64,000 bases of DNA from Anaeramoeba ignava BMAN (Eukaryota; Protista; Anaeramoebae): positions 558,001 to 622,000 of the forward strand of contig JAPDFW010000147.1 in NCBI GenBank assembly GCA_028826165.1, read 5' to 3'. A model generated the notes under the pieces. It did not search any database. It saw only the letters and a program-made list of their open reading frames with translations, and had not been told where the DNA came from. Of the stretch, positions 27,801 to 42,000 are shown in pieces (within the stretch, counting starts at the first letter, position 1; every line of letters begins with the position of its first letter). The position numbers and the translations under genes were made by a program.

Positions 27801-30563
27801 GTTCCTAATCAACAACAACAACAACAACTTCAAAACTTACAATACTCCCAACAAAATCATCTTTTTCCTCAAAAACAATTAAATGTTAATCACTTTCCAA
27901 AAGATCAACCAATTCCAAATCTATATCCAAACAATCAACTTCCAGTTTATAACAATCAACCTTTTATTCAAAAATTTCCTCCTCAATTTCAAAATCAATT
28001 ATTACCTGTTCAAAACAATCCTCCACATTTTCAAAATTTAGATCCATTGAGACAACCTTTTGATCCACATTTTGAAGATGAAAATAATTTAGCAATTCAA
28101 GGCTACTCTCCTAATTTACAAATTTTGGATTTATTGAAACAATCCTTGAATCCACAATCTCAAAAGTTTAAATTTATAAAAGAAAATTTTGTTTCTGATT
28201 CTAAAAAAAATGATCTATTAAAGGAATCCTTCCAAAAAAAACTTTATAAATATGAATCACCATTGAAAACAAAAATGGAAGAAAAACAACAAGAAGAAAA
28301 AGAAAACCAAAATCAAAATGAAAATGAAAATCAAAATCAAAATCAAAATCAAAATGAAAATCAAAATGAAAATCAAAATGAAAATGAAAAGAAAATGAAA
28401 AAGAAAATGAAAATAAAAATCAAAATCAAAATGAAAATCAAAATCAAAATGAAAAAGAAAAAGAAAAAGAAAAAGAAAAAGAAAATGAAAATCAAAATCA
28501 AAATGAAAATGAAAATGAAAATGAAAATGAAAATGAAAATGAAAATGAAAATGAAAAAGAATATGAAAGTGAAAATGAATATAAAAGTGAAAATGAATAT
28601 AAAAGTGAAAATGAAAATGAATATAAAAGTGATAGTAAAAGTGATAGTAAAAGTGATAGTGAAAGTGATAGTAAAAGTGATAGTAAAAGTGAAAAAGATG
28701 ACGATATTGAAATTGAAGTTAAAAATGAAGAAGAGACAAAAACTTTAACTGAAATTCCAATTAAAGTTCGAATTAAAAATGAAAATCAAAATGAAAATCA
28801 AAATGAAAATCAAAATGAAAATCAAAATGAAAATCAAAATGAAAATCAAAATGAAAATCAAAATGAAAATCAAAATGAAAATCAAAATGAAAATCAAAAT
28901 GAAAATCAAAATGAAAATGAAAATCAAAATGAAAATGAAAATCAAAATGAAAATGAAAATGAAAATGAAAATGAAAATGAAAATGAAAATGAAAATGAAA
29001 ATGAAAATCAAAATCAAAATCAATTTCAAAATGAAAATGAAAATCAATTTCAAAATCAAAATCAATTTCAAAATGAAAATCAAAATCAACTTCAATTTCA
29101 AAATCAAGAAAATTCAAAAGAGTTTTCTCATCCTTATTCTTTATATGTTGGATCTGTGGATTGGAGTGTTTCTCAATCCGATCTTTACAAACTTTTTTCT
29201 GCATTTGGAACAATTACTTATTGCAATCTTGTTGTAAATATTATTTTTTGAAAACAAAACAAAACAAAACAATCAAATTTAAATTCTTTCCAATTTTTTT
29301 CAATTTTAGCGAAACCAAACAAAAGGAACTCATAAAGGTTTTGGATTTGTAACATTTCTTAACGAAGAATCTGCAACTAATGCTCTCCAAGTTTTAAACG
29401 GAACTAATTTAAAAGGAAGAAATCTACGAGTTTCAAGAGCAAAAATACTTCCACAACAAGCAAAATTATTTCAACAAAAACAACAACAAAAACAAAAGCA
29501 ATTATCAGCAGCAGCAATTAAAAAATCAGTTGAAGAAGCAACAAAAAAAATATATCGAATGGAACAAATAAATCAAATTAATCCACAATTTAATGAATTT
29601 AATCCACAATTAAATGAATTTAATCCACAATTTAATGAATTTAATCCTCAATTTAATGAATTCAATCCTCAATTTAATGAATTCAATCCTCAATTTAATG
29701 AATTCAATCCACAATTAAATGAATTCAATCCTCAATTTAATGAATTTAATCCTCAATTTAATGAATTTAATCCTCAATTTAATGAATTAAATCCACAATT
29801 AAATCCACAATTTAATCCACAATTAAATCCTCAATTAAATCCACAATTAAATCCACAATTAAATCCTCAATTAAATCCACAATTAAATCCACAATTAAAT
29901 CCACAATTAAATCCACAATTAAATCCTCAATTAAATCCTCAATTAAATCCACAATTAAATTCTCAATTAAATCCACAATTAAATCCTCAATTAAATCCTC
30001 AATTAAATCCTCAATTAAATCCTCAATTAAATTCTCATAATTTATTGAATATATTAAATCAATTAAATCAATTAAGGCAATTAAATCAATTAAATCAAGA
30101 AAATAATTTCCAAAAATTACCAAATATAAATCTAACTTCAAACCAAGAAACAGAATTACAAATTAAAAATCAATTAGAAAATAAATTAGAAAATCAATTA
30201 GAAAATAAATTAGAAAATTCAATACATGATTCAATCCCAAAAATGACTACAAAATCAAGATGTATTGTGATTAAAAATTTCCTTAAAAATAAAGATGTTT
30301 CAGAATCAAAAAGAAATGAAATCAAAACAGAATGTGAAAAATATGGAGAAGTTGAAGATATTAAACTTATTCCAGAAACATCCAAAAAAAATTTAAGTCG
30401 TCTTTTTCAACCTGAAATGGCAAAAATTTTTGTTTTGTTTAAACATCATTTTGAAGCTGAGACTGCTAAAGAAAATATTAACGGAAGAGTTTCAAATGGA
30501 AAAGTTGTTGTTGTTCATCTTTATAATGAAAAATTATTTCAAAAAGAAGATTTTTCTAATTAA
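24807..30563 (+). CDS. PUF60: PUF60-like splicing factor (K/H/S-rich N-terminus, RRM1, RRM2, C-terminal UHM), multi-exon, with frameshifts in NQ/EN repeats
   Basis: RRM1 SVYISNID...YGRIKSIYMPK|DPVTQKHKQYAIIEY; RRM2 LYVGSVDWSVSQSDLYKLFSAFG...THKGFGFVTF...GRNLRVSRA; UHM CIVIKNF...EIKTECEKYGEV...AKIFVLF...INGRVSNGKVVVVHLYNEKLFQKEDFS. Confidence 0.8.
25695..27280. repeat. ~24-bp satellite (TTTCATTTTAAATCAAATTCAAAC) in PUF60 intron 1 (25563..27358)
   Basis: Tandem array seen directly. Confidence 0.9.
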
Positions 30564-30694
30564 AAATTTAATTAAAAATTTAATAAAAACAAAAACAACA
30601 AATTTTTTTTTCCTTTTTTTTTTTTCATTTTTTTCATTATTTTTAAAAAATTTCAAATTAATAAACTAAAAAAAAAAGTTTTAAAAAAGTTATT

Positions 30695-33600
30695 ATGCAA
30701 ACAAAACAAGGTATTTATAATTAATTTATAATTTAATTATAATTTAATTTATAATTTATTTATTATTTATTTACTATTAATTTACTATTTATTTACTATT
30801 TATTTATAATTTAATTTTTTTGTTAAAACAAACCAAAACAAAACAAAACAAATCAAAACAAAACAGAACAAAACAAAACAGAAGATAAAGATAAAATTAT
30901 TAATACACAAGATAAAGATGAAAAAACAATTTTAAATATTGAAGAAATTGAAAATCAACAAAAATCTAAATCTAAATCTAAATCTAAATCTAAATCTAAA
31001 TCTAAATCTAAATCTAAATCTAAATCTAAATCTAAATCTAAATCTGAATCTGAAGATAAAGATGATCTAAATAAAAATATTAAACTGAATAAAAATGAAA
31101 AACAAATTTAAATATTGAATCAAAATTGAAAAAGAAGAAAAATAAAGATAAAGATAAAATTATTAATACACAAGATAAAAAACAACTTTAAATATTGAAG
31201 AAATTGAAAAAGAACAAAAATCTGAATCTAAATCTAAATCTAAATCTAAATCTAAATCTAAATCTAAATCTAAATCTAAATCTGAATCTAAATCTAAATC
31301 TAAATCTAAATCTGAATCAAAATCTGAAGATGAAGATAAAGATAAAGATAAAGATAAAATTATTAATACACAAGATAAAGATGAAAAAACAACTTTAAAT
31401 ATTGAAGAAATTGAAAAAGAACAAAAATCTGAATCTAAATCTAAATCTAAATCTAAATCTAAATCTAAATCTAAATCTAAATCTAAATCTAAATCTAAAT
31501 CTAAATCTAAATCTAAATCTAAATCTAAATAAAAAATCAAGAGATAAAGATGAAAAAACAACTTTAAATATTGAAGAAATTGCAAATCTACAAGAATCTA
31601 AATCTGAATCAAGAGATAAAGATGAAAAAACAATTTTAAATATTGAAGAAATTGAAAATCAACAAGAATCTAAATCTAAATCTAAATCTAAATCTAAATC
31701 TAAATCTAAATCTAAATCTAAATCTAAATCTAAATCTAAATCTAAATCTAAATCTAAATCTAAATCTAAATCTGAATCAAGAGATAAAGATGAAAAAACA
31801 ATTTTAAATATTGAAGAAATTGAAAATTCAAAGAAATTGAAAATCAAAATCAAATCAAAAATCACAAATTCAAATCGAATGCAAATCTAAATCTCCAAAT
31901 CACAAATCACAAATCTAAAATAAATCTAAATCAAATTCAAATCTGAAATAAAAATCTGAATCAAGACAATATAAAGATGAAAAAACAACTTTAAATATTG
32001 AAGAAATTGAAAAAGAACAAAAATCTGAATCTAAATCTAAATCTAAATCTAAATCTAAATCTAAATCTAAATCTAAATCTAAATTCATAAATCTAAATCT
32101 GAATCAAGAGATAAAGATGAAAAAACAATTTTAAATATTGAAGAAATTGAAAATCAACAAGAATCTAAATCTAAATCTAAATCTAAATCTAAATCTAAAT
32201 CTAAATCTGAATCAAGAGATAAAGATGAAAAAACAATTTTAAATATTGAAGAAATTGAAAAAGAACAAAAATCTAAATCTAAATCTAAATCTAAATCTAA
32301 ATCTAAATCTAAATCTAAATCTAAATCTAAATCTAAATCTAAATCTAAATCTAAATCTAAATCTAAATCTAAATCTAAATCTAAATTCAAATCTAAGATA
32401 AAATCTAATTTTAAATATTGAAGAAATTGAAATCAACAAAATCTAAATCTAAATCTAAATCTAAATCTAAATCTAAATCTGAATCTGAATCTAAATCTAA
32501 AGATGAAAAAACAATTTTAAATATTGAAGAAATTGAAAATCAACAAGAATCTAAATCTAAATCTAAATCTGAATCTAAATCTAAATCTAAATCTAAATCT
32601 AAATCTAAATCTAAATCTAAATCTGAATCTAAATCTAAATCTAAATCTAAATCTGAATCTAAATCTGAATCTGAATCAAAAGATAAAGATGAAAAAATAA
32701 TTTTAAATGTTGAAGAAATTGAAAATCAACAAAAATTAAATACACAATCCAAAAGAGAAATGCAAAAACAAACAACAGAAAATCAATTCGAATCACAAAA
32801 TCAAAACAATCAAGATCTAGAAGAACTTAACAGACAAGCAAAGAAAATAATGGTTGAAACAGAAGAAATCCAAAACCAAATCAAGAATATCGAAGAAGAA
32901 CTTGAATCAAAAAACAAAGAACTGAAACTATATATAGAAAACCCGAAAAACATATCGAAAGTACTGGAAACAAGTGCACAAAGAGTTACAAGCATTTATG
33001 GATCAAAAATTGAAAAAGAAGGAAAAGAAAAAAAAGCCATTTTGGATTCAATAGTGAGCAATTTGCCAAAAATAACAGAATCACAAATTTCCACTTTTCA
33101 ACAAAAAATTACATCAATTCCAAATTCAATTAACACTCAATTCAAAGAAAAAATCCCACTTTCTGTTGAAAAAGAAAAATCAAAAATCGCGGAATTAAAA
33201 AATCAAGAGAAAACCAAAAATAGTGAGTTTAATACCATCCAATTAAAGCAAATCACACCTTTTATCTTAAAAAACATTGAAGAAAAACTTAGTAAAGATA
33301 TTGACGCATTTTTTAATCAAAATGTTGTTTCTCAAATTGAAAAATTAACTCAACAAAAAATTTTAGATTTGGAGAAAATCATTTTCATCAAGAAGTCAAA
33401 AGTTTGATATTGGAGAGAAAATTCAAAATTACAAACAAAAAGCACATCAATCTTTCCACAAAATCCAAAAAACTTTAGCTTCAAAATCAAGATTAATAAC
33501 AACAGAAATCCAAAAAACAAAACGAGAAAAAAAAACGAAAAGAAAAGAAAATACAAAAATTCAACAAGCTTTGGATTTACTTCATCAAGACAAAATAAAT

Positions 33601-34017
33601 GAAGCTTTTGAATTTGTTTTGAATGAACAAGATTTATTTTTGTTGATGAATTTTTGTTCTCAATTTCATTCCAAATTATTCTTTTTACAAAATCGAATAA
33701 CAAATCAAATTGTTTTATTATCATTAATTCATCAATTAAGTTTTTATTTTCAAGCAAATTTAAATCAAAATCAAAATTTAAATCAAAATCAAAATTTAAA
33801 TCAAATTCAAAAACAAAACCAAAAAAGAGCTTTGAAATGGATTAGAAATTGTTTCATCTTTTTAACTCCCCATGATCCACAAATTTTTCAATTATTAAAA
33901 GAAGCTTTATCTCCAGTTAAACAAAATCTTCCAAATAAATTATCAGTTTCAAAAAAAGAAGCAAAATTAATAACGGAAATTGAGAATATTCTTGATTTAA
34001 TTTTTCAACAACAATAA
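30695..34017 (+). CDS. EDC4: EDC4/Ge-1/VARICOSE C-terminal-domain protein with repeated (SK)n + RDKDEKTILNIEEIE modules and a coiled coil; several frameshifts
   Basis: C-terminus LLHQDKINEAFEFVLNEQDLFLLMNFC...NQIVLLSLIHQLS...LKWIRNCFIFLTPHDPQI matches the conserved EDC4 C-terminal domain pattern. A short first exon lies at 30695..30710 (ATG...AAG|GTATTT). Confidence 0.6.
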
Positions 34018-34205
34018 AAAAGAAAAAATAAAAAATAAAAAAGAAAAGGAGAAAAAAAAATAATTAAAAAAAGGAGAAAAAAAATTAAATTTTTTTTTAT
34101 TTTTATTTCATTTTTCAGCTCTTCAGAATAGAGCTAATTAGAAAACAAAACAAAACAAAAAAAAAAATTAAATAAAAACACCAATTATTTTATTTCGTTA
34201 AATAA

Positions 34206-36556
34206 ATGAGCTTTTTAATTGAAAATCCTAACTTTGATTTAATAGATTTAGATGATCCTATTGAGGAAAACATTCCTTCTTTTGGTCATTCACAAGATAT
34301 TGTGTTCAATGATGTTTTTCATGATTTTGACATTGAAAATTTTAGTTATGTTAATATGTACACGTCATTTTATAAAAATTTAATTTATTTTTTTTTTTTA
34401 TTTTGATCTTTTTTTTTTTCTTTTTGTTTCTTTTTTTTTTTTATTTAATTTTTTTTTCCCTTTTTATTTATTTTTTTTTATTTTTAATTTAGAAATCCTA
34501 TTCAAGACTTTGAATTAACAATTAATCATTTCTCTTTTGAATTTGAACCAAAACAAAAACAAAAACAAATTCAAAATAATCAAAATCAAAATCAAAATCA
34601 AAATAATGAAAATCAAAATAATGAAAATCAAGAAGAAAGGTAGATAATTAAATATAAAAAAAAAATAATCTCAAAAATTTTTCATCTTAAAAACAAAAAC
34701 AACACGACTTTTCAGACAAATAAAAACAAAAACAAATCCAATGAAAATTCCGACACAAACAAGCAAAACATTTAGTCATTCACCATTCAAACTGAATAAT
34801 AGTTTAGAACAATTTGACAAGCCAATTTCATTTGAAAGTGAAGTAACAGATGCTCTTCAATTTTTTCAAACGGTCGAAAAAATTGATTTTATTTTTCGCG
34901 AAACAGAAGAAAATCCAACAAAAACTGAAACAGAAACGCCAAACGAACCAAATAATAAATGGCAAGAAGAATCAATTAAGATCAAAACAACAAGAAGTTT
35001 AATTAGCAAAAAACGTTCAAAAAGAAAACCTAAAGATGACGAATCTTCACAAAATAATGAATCATCTTTTTACAACATGACTAATAATGACAAACAAAAT
35101 ATAAAAAAACAACGAACCATTTTAATCAAAACAAAATCGAAGGTGAAACACTCAACAAAGACAGAAGGAAAGCAAGTCAAGTCAGAACGCGCTTATATTT
35201 TGCAATGCGCTGGTAAATTTGGCATCCGTAGATTGCAACCGTTTTGGGATAGTCTCCAATCAAGAAAAATAATCCCCCAAAAAGTTGAAATGGCAAAAAC
35301 CAAAAATTTAGAAAATGAGAAAAATTTAGAAAATATCAAAAATTTGGAAAATGCGAAAAATTCTGAAAAGAAAAAAAAACGGACGCGATTTATCAAGTCC
35401 AAACAAGCAACAAAGCATTTCCACGAAGTGAACTGGCATGACGAGGAGGTTTCAATGCTGCGAGAATATGTTGTTGCTTTTGGAAGAAATTGGAAGAAAA
35501 TATCGAGTCTTTTAGGAAACACAAAAAGTCCAACACAAATAAAGGCGTTATATTACAAAAGAAGAATCGATGTTTTTGCAGATCTTCTTGGATTAGATGA
35601 GATTGCTATTAACGAAGACGATGCAGAGATCCAGCAGCGACAGATTGGAGGGAAGTGGATTAGAAGAAGAAAAGAAGGAGAAGAAAGGCAAAACAAAAGA
35701 AAGTTCAAATGAAAATTTAGATGAAAATCAAAATGAAAATCAAAATGAAAATTCAGATGAAAATTCAGATGAAAATTCTCCAGTTCAAGGAATGCTCACA
35801 ACAAAAACCCAAATAGTCTCACTCAAACTCCCAAACGATCAAATCGTCACACTCACAGAACAATGCTTTGCAAATGCGGAAATGATATTCAAAGAAACAC
35901 CGCGAATCAGTTTAAAAGAAATTCAAGAATGGACCGACATATTCGACAAAGTCACCCTTCTTGGCCAAACCAAGCCAGATGTGAAGGTTCTCAAAACACC
36001 GAGTCTTCTCGAATCAAGTCTCAGCAAGCTTCGCATTGGAGAGCCGCACATTTTCTATGCAGAATATCAATCAGTGCTTGGAAACGCGACCCAAATTCTG
36101 CCGGTAAGATCCAAAATCAAGAACATTCCGTTGAGAGAATCCGCTTCACAAAAACAGTGGATCACAGAGCACTTTGTCTCACTACTTCTCGCATTAAACA
36201 CAACAATAAATCGCGCACTTCAACGGCCGCAAGTCAAAAATGACCCCCGTTTTCATTGTTCACGTCTTTTTGATAAATTCCATAATATCCCCTCTTTTAC
36301 TAGAGTTTCTGAACAGAGTGTTGCTTCACTTAAGTTCTTTCTTGCTTGGTTGGAACTCCGTCTTGAATCCAAACGCATCCTTGAAATTAAAGCAGAAATT
36401 GTTAGTGATCGTCATGTCAGAAATATTGTTGATTGCTCACAAACTTCAGATGTTTTGACTAGAATGACCCAATTAACTAATGAAATGAAAGTGTTTAAGG
36501 AATTGTTATTGCAGGTTGTCAGCGAAGTTTTCCTTTATTTTATAAAGAATATTTAG
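34206..36556 (+). CDS. Myb/SANT-domain protein, multi-exon; probable frameshift near 35640-35710
   Basis: WHDEEVSMLREYVVAFGRNWKKISSLLGNTKSPTQIKALYY is a SANT/Myb repeat. ORFs 34741..35712 and 35597..36556 overlap, and short upstream exons start at 34206. Confidence 0.7.
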
Positions 36557-36817
36557 ATTTGTTTTTTGTTTTTTTTTTTTTTTTAAAAAAAAAATTAGAA
36601 ATTTTTAATAATTAGATTAGATAATTTAGACAATTTAACAAAAAAAAAACCATTTTATTCTCATTATTATCATTATGATTATTAGAAGAACAAAAGAAAT
36701 TTCCATCAAATTTTCTCTTTTTTTTTTTTGAAAAGATTTCCAATAAAAATAAAAATTAAAAATAAATTAAAAAAATTTTTTTTCCAACTTCTTTCATTTT
36801 TTTTTCTTTTTCTTAAA

Positions 36818-38104
36818 ATGTTTCTTGTTAAATTATTAACTAGTGATAACCTCACATTACTTGAACAAATACTTGAAAAACAAAAAATAAATCATTCAGG
36901 AGTAATTGAGCCAAGTGTTTTTCAACACGCAATAAAAAACAATTATTCAAAATGTTTCCACTTTCTCTTACAACAAGAGGATTTAAAAATAAACAAAATT
37001 GACAAATCAACAGGGATGACTGCGCTTCAATACACAATCATGACGAACAATATGACCTTTTTCGAAGCGCTTCTGGAAAAGAAAGCAGATCCCGATTCAG
37101 CAAACAGAGAGAATCGAACAGCTTTACTTTTTGCATGTATGGTTGGCAATTTTAAGGTTGCTCAGAAACTTATCAGCTTGGGAGCCAATGTTAACCAGAT
37201 CGACTCTTACGGAGGTGGCTGCATTCATCTCGTGGTTCTTTCCCGAATGTCAAATCCAGAGTCCTTATTGAAATTACTGATCAAAAAAGGTTGTTCTTTC
37301 GACCAACCCGATCACAAAGGAAGAACGCCTTTACATTTGGCTGCTTTTTGTGGAAATTCCCAAGCTTTCGCTTTTCTTCTTAACAAGGGCGCCAGCACAA
37401 CCCTCTCCTCCACATCTCTTGCTCATATCATCTGCATGTGCGGCAAGACTCGCATGCAATGGATCGAGGAAGAGTTTGATCGCAAATCAAATTTCCTCCC
37501 GAATTCTTCTTTCGCCGTTTTTATCATAGACAGAATGCAAAACGAGAGGGATTCCCGCATAGAGATGCTTAGTTTGCTTCTCAAAAAAAAATTCTTGCTT
37601 CATCAACAAAACTCAACTGGCAAATATCCTGTTCATTTGGCAACCGTTGCCGGGAATTTTGACATTATTAGATTCTTCCTCAAAATTGGTGTCCCTGTTA
37701 ATTGCAAGAACAAGAATGGCGCAACCCTTCTTATGAAAGCAGCAAAGTACGGCCATATTCATATTGTAAAGAATCTTCTGCGCGAAGGTGCTGATTCTAG
37801 TCTGAAGGATGACAAAAATCGCACTGCAATGGATTTGGCTGTTTTTCATCAAAAAAGATTTTCCAAAATTTGGCAATTTTCAGATCATTTTTATCTTCAA
37901 ATTATTCATTTATTGAAAAGAGGTGTTATTTCTCGAGATCGATACACTTCTATCAAGCCAATTTCAATAGAAAATACAAATGAAAATACAAATGAAAATT
38001 CAAATGAAAATACAAACGAAAATTTAAATGAAAATTCAAATCAAAATTCAAATCAAAATTCAAATCAAAATAATGAAAATTCTTCTTTAGATAAAAAAAA
38101 ATAA
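36818..38104 (+). CDS. Ankyrin-repeat protein
   Basis: GMTALQY, NRTALLFAC, GRTPLHLAA, GKYPVHLAT, GATLLMKAAKYGH and NRTAMDLA repeats. The first ATG is at 36818. Confidence 0.9.
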   Translation: MFLVKLLTSDNLTLLEQILEKQKINHSGVIEPSVFQHAIKNNYSKCFHFLLQQEDLKINKIDKSTGMTALQYTIMTNNMTFFEALLEKKADPDSANRENRTALLFACMVGNFKVAQKLISLGANVNQIDSYGGGCIHLVVLSRMSNPESLLKLLIKKGCSFDQPDHKGRTPLHLAAFCGNSQAFAFLLNKGASTTLSSTSLAHIICMCGKTRMQWIEEEFDRKSNFLPNSSFAVFIIDRMQNERDSRIEMLSLLLKKKFLLHQQNSTGKYPVHLATVAGNFDIIRFFLKIGVPVNCKNKNGATLLMKAAKYGHIHIVKNLLREGADSSLKDDKNRTAMDLAVFHQKRFSKIWQFSDHFYLQIIHLLKRGVISRDRYTSIKPISIENTNENTNENSNENTNENLNENSNQNSNQNSNQNNENSSLDKKK

Positions 38105-38180
38105 TCCATTTTATTTTACTTTCCTTTTGTTTCTTTCTTTCATTTTAAATTATCATTAAAATTGTTAAAAAAAAAAACTT

Positions 38181-38979
38181 TCATTTCTTTGAATCTTCTG
38201 TTTCTTGTATTTTTTCTTTTAAAATTTCTAATTTTGCTTGAAGTTGAATATTTTGTAAAATTAATTCATCATTTTTTTCTTTCAATTTTGAAGAATCTTG
38301 TTTTTGAATTTGCTTTTGTTCCAAAATTGACTCATTTTCTTGTTTTGATAAAATTTCAATTTGTTTTTCAAATTCGGAACTTTTTGATAAATTGATTGAT
38401 TCCAATTCTTTTATTTTTTCCAATTTTTCTTTTTTTTCCTTTTTCAATTTTTCAATTTCTTTTTTTTCATCTTCTTTCTTTTTTGAATTGTTTTTTTTTT
38501 GTTTTTCAAGTTGATGATTTTCTTTCTTAATATTTTTAATTTTCAAATTATAATCTTCAATATTTGAATTTAACGTTTTTTGTTCAATTTCAAGTTGATT
38601 TTTCTTTTTTTTTAATTCTTCATAAACTTGATTATTATCATTATTATTAATATTATTAATATTAAGAACATTTTCTTCATTTTTTTCTTTTTTTTGTGAT
38701 TGATAATTTTCAATTTCTTTTTCTAAATTGGAAACTTCTTCTTGTAATTGTTTATTTTGTTTTCTCAATTGAATAATTGCAAATGTTGGTTTTTGAATTT
38801 TTTTTTGTAATTCTGTTGGTTTTTGTTGGAAATTTTCAAAAAATTGAAGATTTTTGGATATTGTTGTTTGATTTTCAGAATCTATTTTAAAAAACAATAA
38901 TAACAATAATAACAATAAAAACAATAAAAAGCAAAATTTTAAATTATTTTTATTTACTTTGTTTTTCTTCTTCAGTCAT
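38181..38979 (-). CDS. Coiled-coil hypothetical protein, 2 exons (38958..38979 and 38181..38882)
   Basis: ATGACTGAAGAAGAAAAACAAA|GTAAAT...TAG|ATTCTGAA joins into an E/K/Q/N-rich heptad ORF. Confidence 0.65.
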
Positions 38980-39059
38980 TATTTGTAAAAAAAAAATGAA
39001 AAAAAAATTTTGAAAAAAAAAAATTCATTTTTTTTACTTTCATTTTTAAAAAAAAAATT

Positions 39060-42000
39060 ATGAAAATTATTTGTGTTGGAATTATTGGACCTCAAGTAAT
39101 TTATCTCACACAAAAATTAAAAACAATTATAAACAATTAAAAACATTTAAAAGCATTTAAAAACATTTAAAAACATTTAACAATAAATTTAACAATAAAT
39201 TCAACAATAAATTTAACAATAATTTTAATAATAATTAACAACAATTAAATACTTTAAATACATTTAAAAACATTTAAAAACATTTAACAATAAATTTAAC
39301 AATAAATTTAATAATAATTTTAATAATAATTTTAATAATTTTTAATAAATTTAACAATAAATTTAATAATAATTTTAACAATAAATTTAACAATAAATTT
39401 AACAATAAATTTAATAATAAATTTAACAATAAATTTAATAATAAATTTAACAATAAATTTAAATACATTTAAATTTAACAATAAATTTAACAATAAATTT
39501 AATAATAAATTAAAAAATTTTTAATAAAAATTTTAATAATAAAATTTAATAATAATTTTAATAATAATTTAAAAATAATTTTAAAACATTTTAAAAATTT
39601 TAATAATAATTTTAATTTAAAAAATTTAAAATTTAAAAACATTTAAATTATTTAATAAAATTTAAAAAATAAAAAATTTAATAATAAATTTAATAATAAA
39701 TTTAATAATAAATTTAATAATAAATTTTAATAATAAATTTAATAATAAATTTAATAATAATTTTAAATTTAATAATAATTTTAACAATAAATTTAATAAT
39801 AATTTTAATAAATTTAATAATAAATTTAACAATAAATTTAATAATAATTTTAATAATAAATTTAATAATAAATTTAATAATAAATTTAATAATAAATTTA
39901 ATAATAAATTTAATAATAAATTTAATAATAAATTTAATAATAAATTTTAATAATAAATTTAATAATAAATTTAATAATAAATTTAATAATAAATTTAATA
40001 ATAAATTTAATAATAAATTTAATAATAATTTTAATAATAAATTTAACAATAAATTTAATAATAAATTTAACAATAATTTTAACAATAATTTTAATAATAA
40101 ATTTAACAATAATTTTTAATAAATTTAATAATAAATTTAATAATTTAATAATAAATTTAATAATAAATTTAACAATAAATTTAACAATAAATTTAATAAT
40201 AAATTTAATAAATTAAATAATAATTTTAATAAATTTAAAAAATTTAAAAACATTTAAAACATTTTTAAAAACATTTAAAAACATTTAACAATAAATTTAA
40301 TAATAAATTTAACAATAATTTTAATAATAATTTTAATAATAAATTTAACAATAAATTTAATAATAATTTTAATAAATTTAATAATAAATTTAATAATAAA
40401 TTTATTTAAAAATTATAAACACAAAAAAAGAATAATCCACTTTTAATTCATACAGATTTCAGTGGAGAAGAAAGGAAAAATATTGAATATATTGTTTATA
40501 CAGCTCTTGATTTTTGTGAAGAAAAAATTCCAGCTATGTCTGGAAATAAAAAATCTTCTTTATTTGAATCTTATCTTGGGCTTTTATTTCCAACTGAAGA
40601 TCTTAGAGTGTAAACATTTCTAATTAAATTTATAATTAAATTTATAATTAAATTTATAATTAAATTTATATCCAAAATTTATATTAAAATTTATATCCAA
40701 ATTTATATCCAAATTTATATCCAAAATTTATATCAAAATTTATATCAAAATTTATATCCAAATTTATATCAAAATTTATAATTAAATTTATATCCAAATT
40801 TATATCAAAATTTATATCCAAATTTATATTAAAATTTATATTAAAATTTATATCCAAATTTATATCCAAAATTTATATTAAAATTTATATTTAAATTTAT
40901 ATCCAAATTTATATCCAAATTTATATTTAAATTTATATTAAAATTTATAATTAAATTTATATCCAAATTTATATTAAAATTTATATCAAAAATTTATATT
41001 AAAATTTATATCAAAATTTATATCCAAATTTATATTAAAATTTATATCCGAATTTATATTTAAATTTATTTCCGAATTTATATCCAAATTTATATCAAAA
41101 ATTTATATCAAAATTTATATCAAATTTATATCAAAATTTATATCAAAATTTATAATTAAAATTTATATCCAAATTTATATTAAAATTTATATCCAAATTT
41201 ATATTAAAATTTATATCCAAATTTATATCCAAATTTATAATTAAATTTATATCAAAATTTATATCAAAATTTATAATTAAATTTATATTAAAATTTATAT
41301 CCAAATTTATATTAAAATTTATATTAAAATTTATATTAAAAATTTATATCAAAATTTATATCAAAAATTTATATCAAAATTTATATATCCAAATTTATTT
41401 CAAAATTTATATCAAAATTTATATCAAAATTTATATTAAAAATTTATATCAAATTTATAATTAAATTTATATTAAAAATTTATATCCAAATTTATATTAA
41501 AATTTATAATTAAATTTATATTAAAATTTATATCCAAATTTATATCTAAATTTATATCCAAATTTATATTTAAATTTATTTCCAAATTTATATCCAAATT
41601 TTATATTAAAATTTAATTAAAATCAAAAATTAAAAAATATCCAATTTTTCTTTTCTAAATTTATATTAAAAATTTATATTCAAAGAAGAAAAATAATTAA
41701 AATTATTTTCTAATTTTATAATTAAATTTATATCCAAATTTATATCCAAATTTTTTTAATCTTTTTAATTTTTATATTTAAATTTTAAAAATAAATTTAT
41801 ATCCGAATTTATATCAAAAATTTATATCCAAATTTATATCCAAATTTATATTAAAATTTATATCCAAATTTATATTAAAATTTATATTAAAATTTATATT
41901 AAAATTTATATCCAAATTTATATTTAAATTTATATCCAAATTTATATCCAAATTTATATCCAAATTTATATCAAAATTTATTTCAAAATTTATATTAAAA

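Noticed and set aside
34741-35712. Myb/SANT gene as the Harbinger partner ORF
   Set aside because: It lies more than 20 kb outside the element's TIRs, among host genes.
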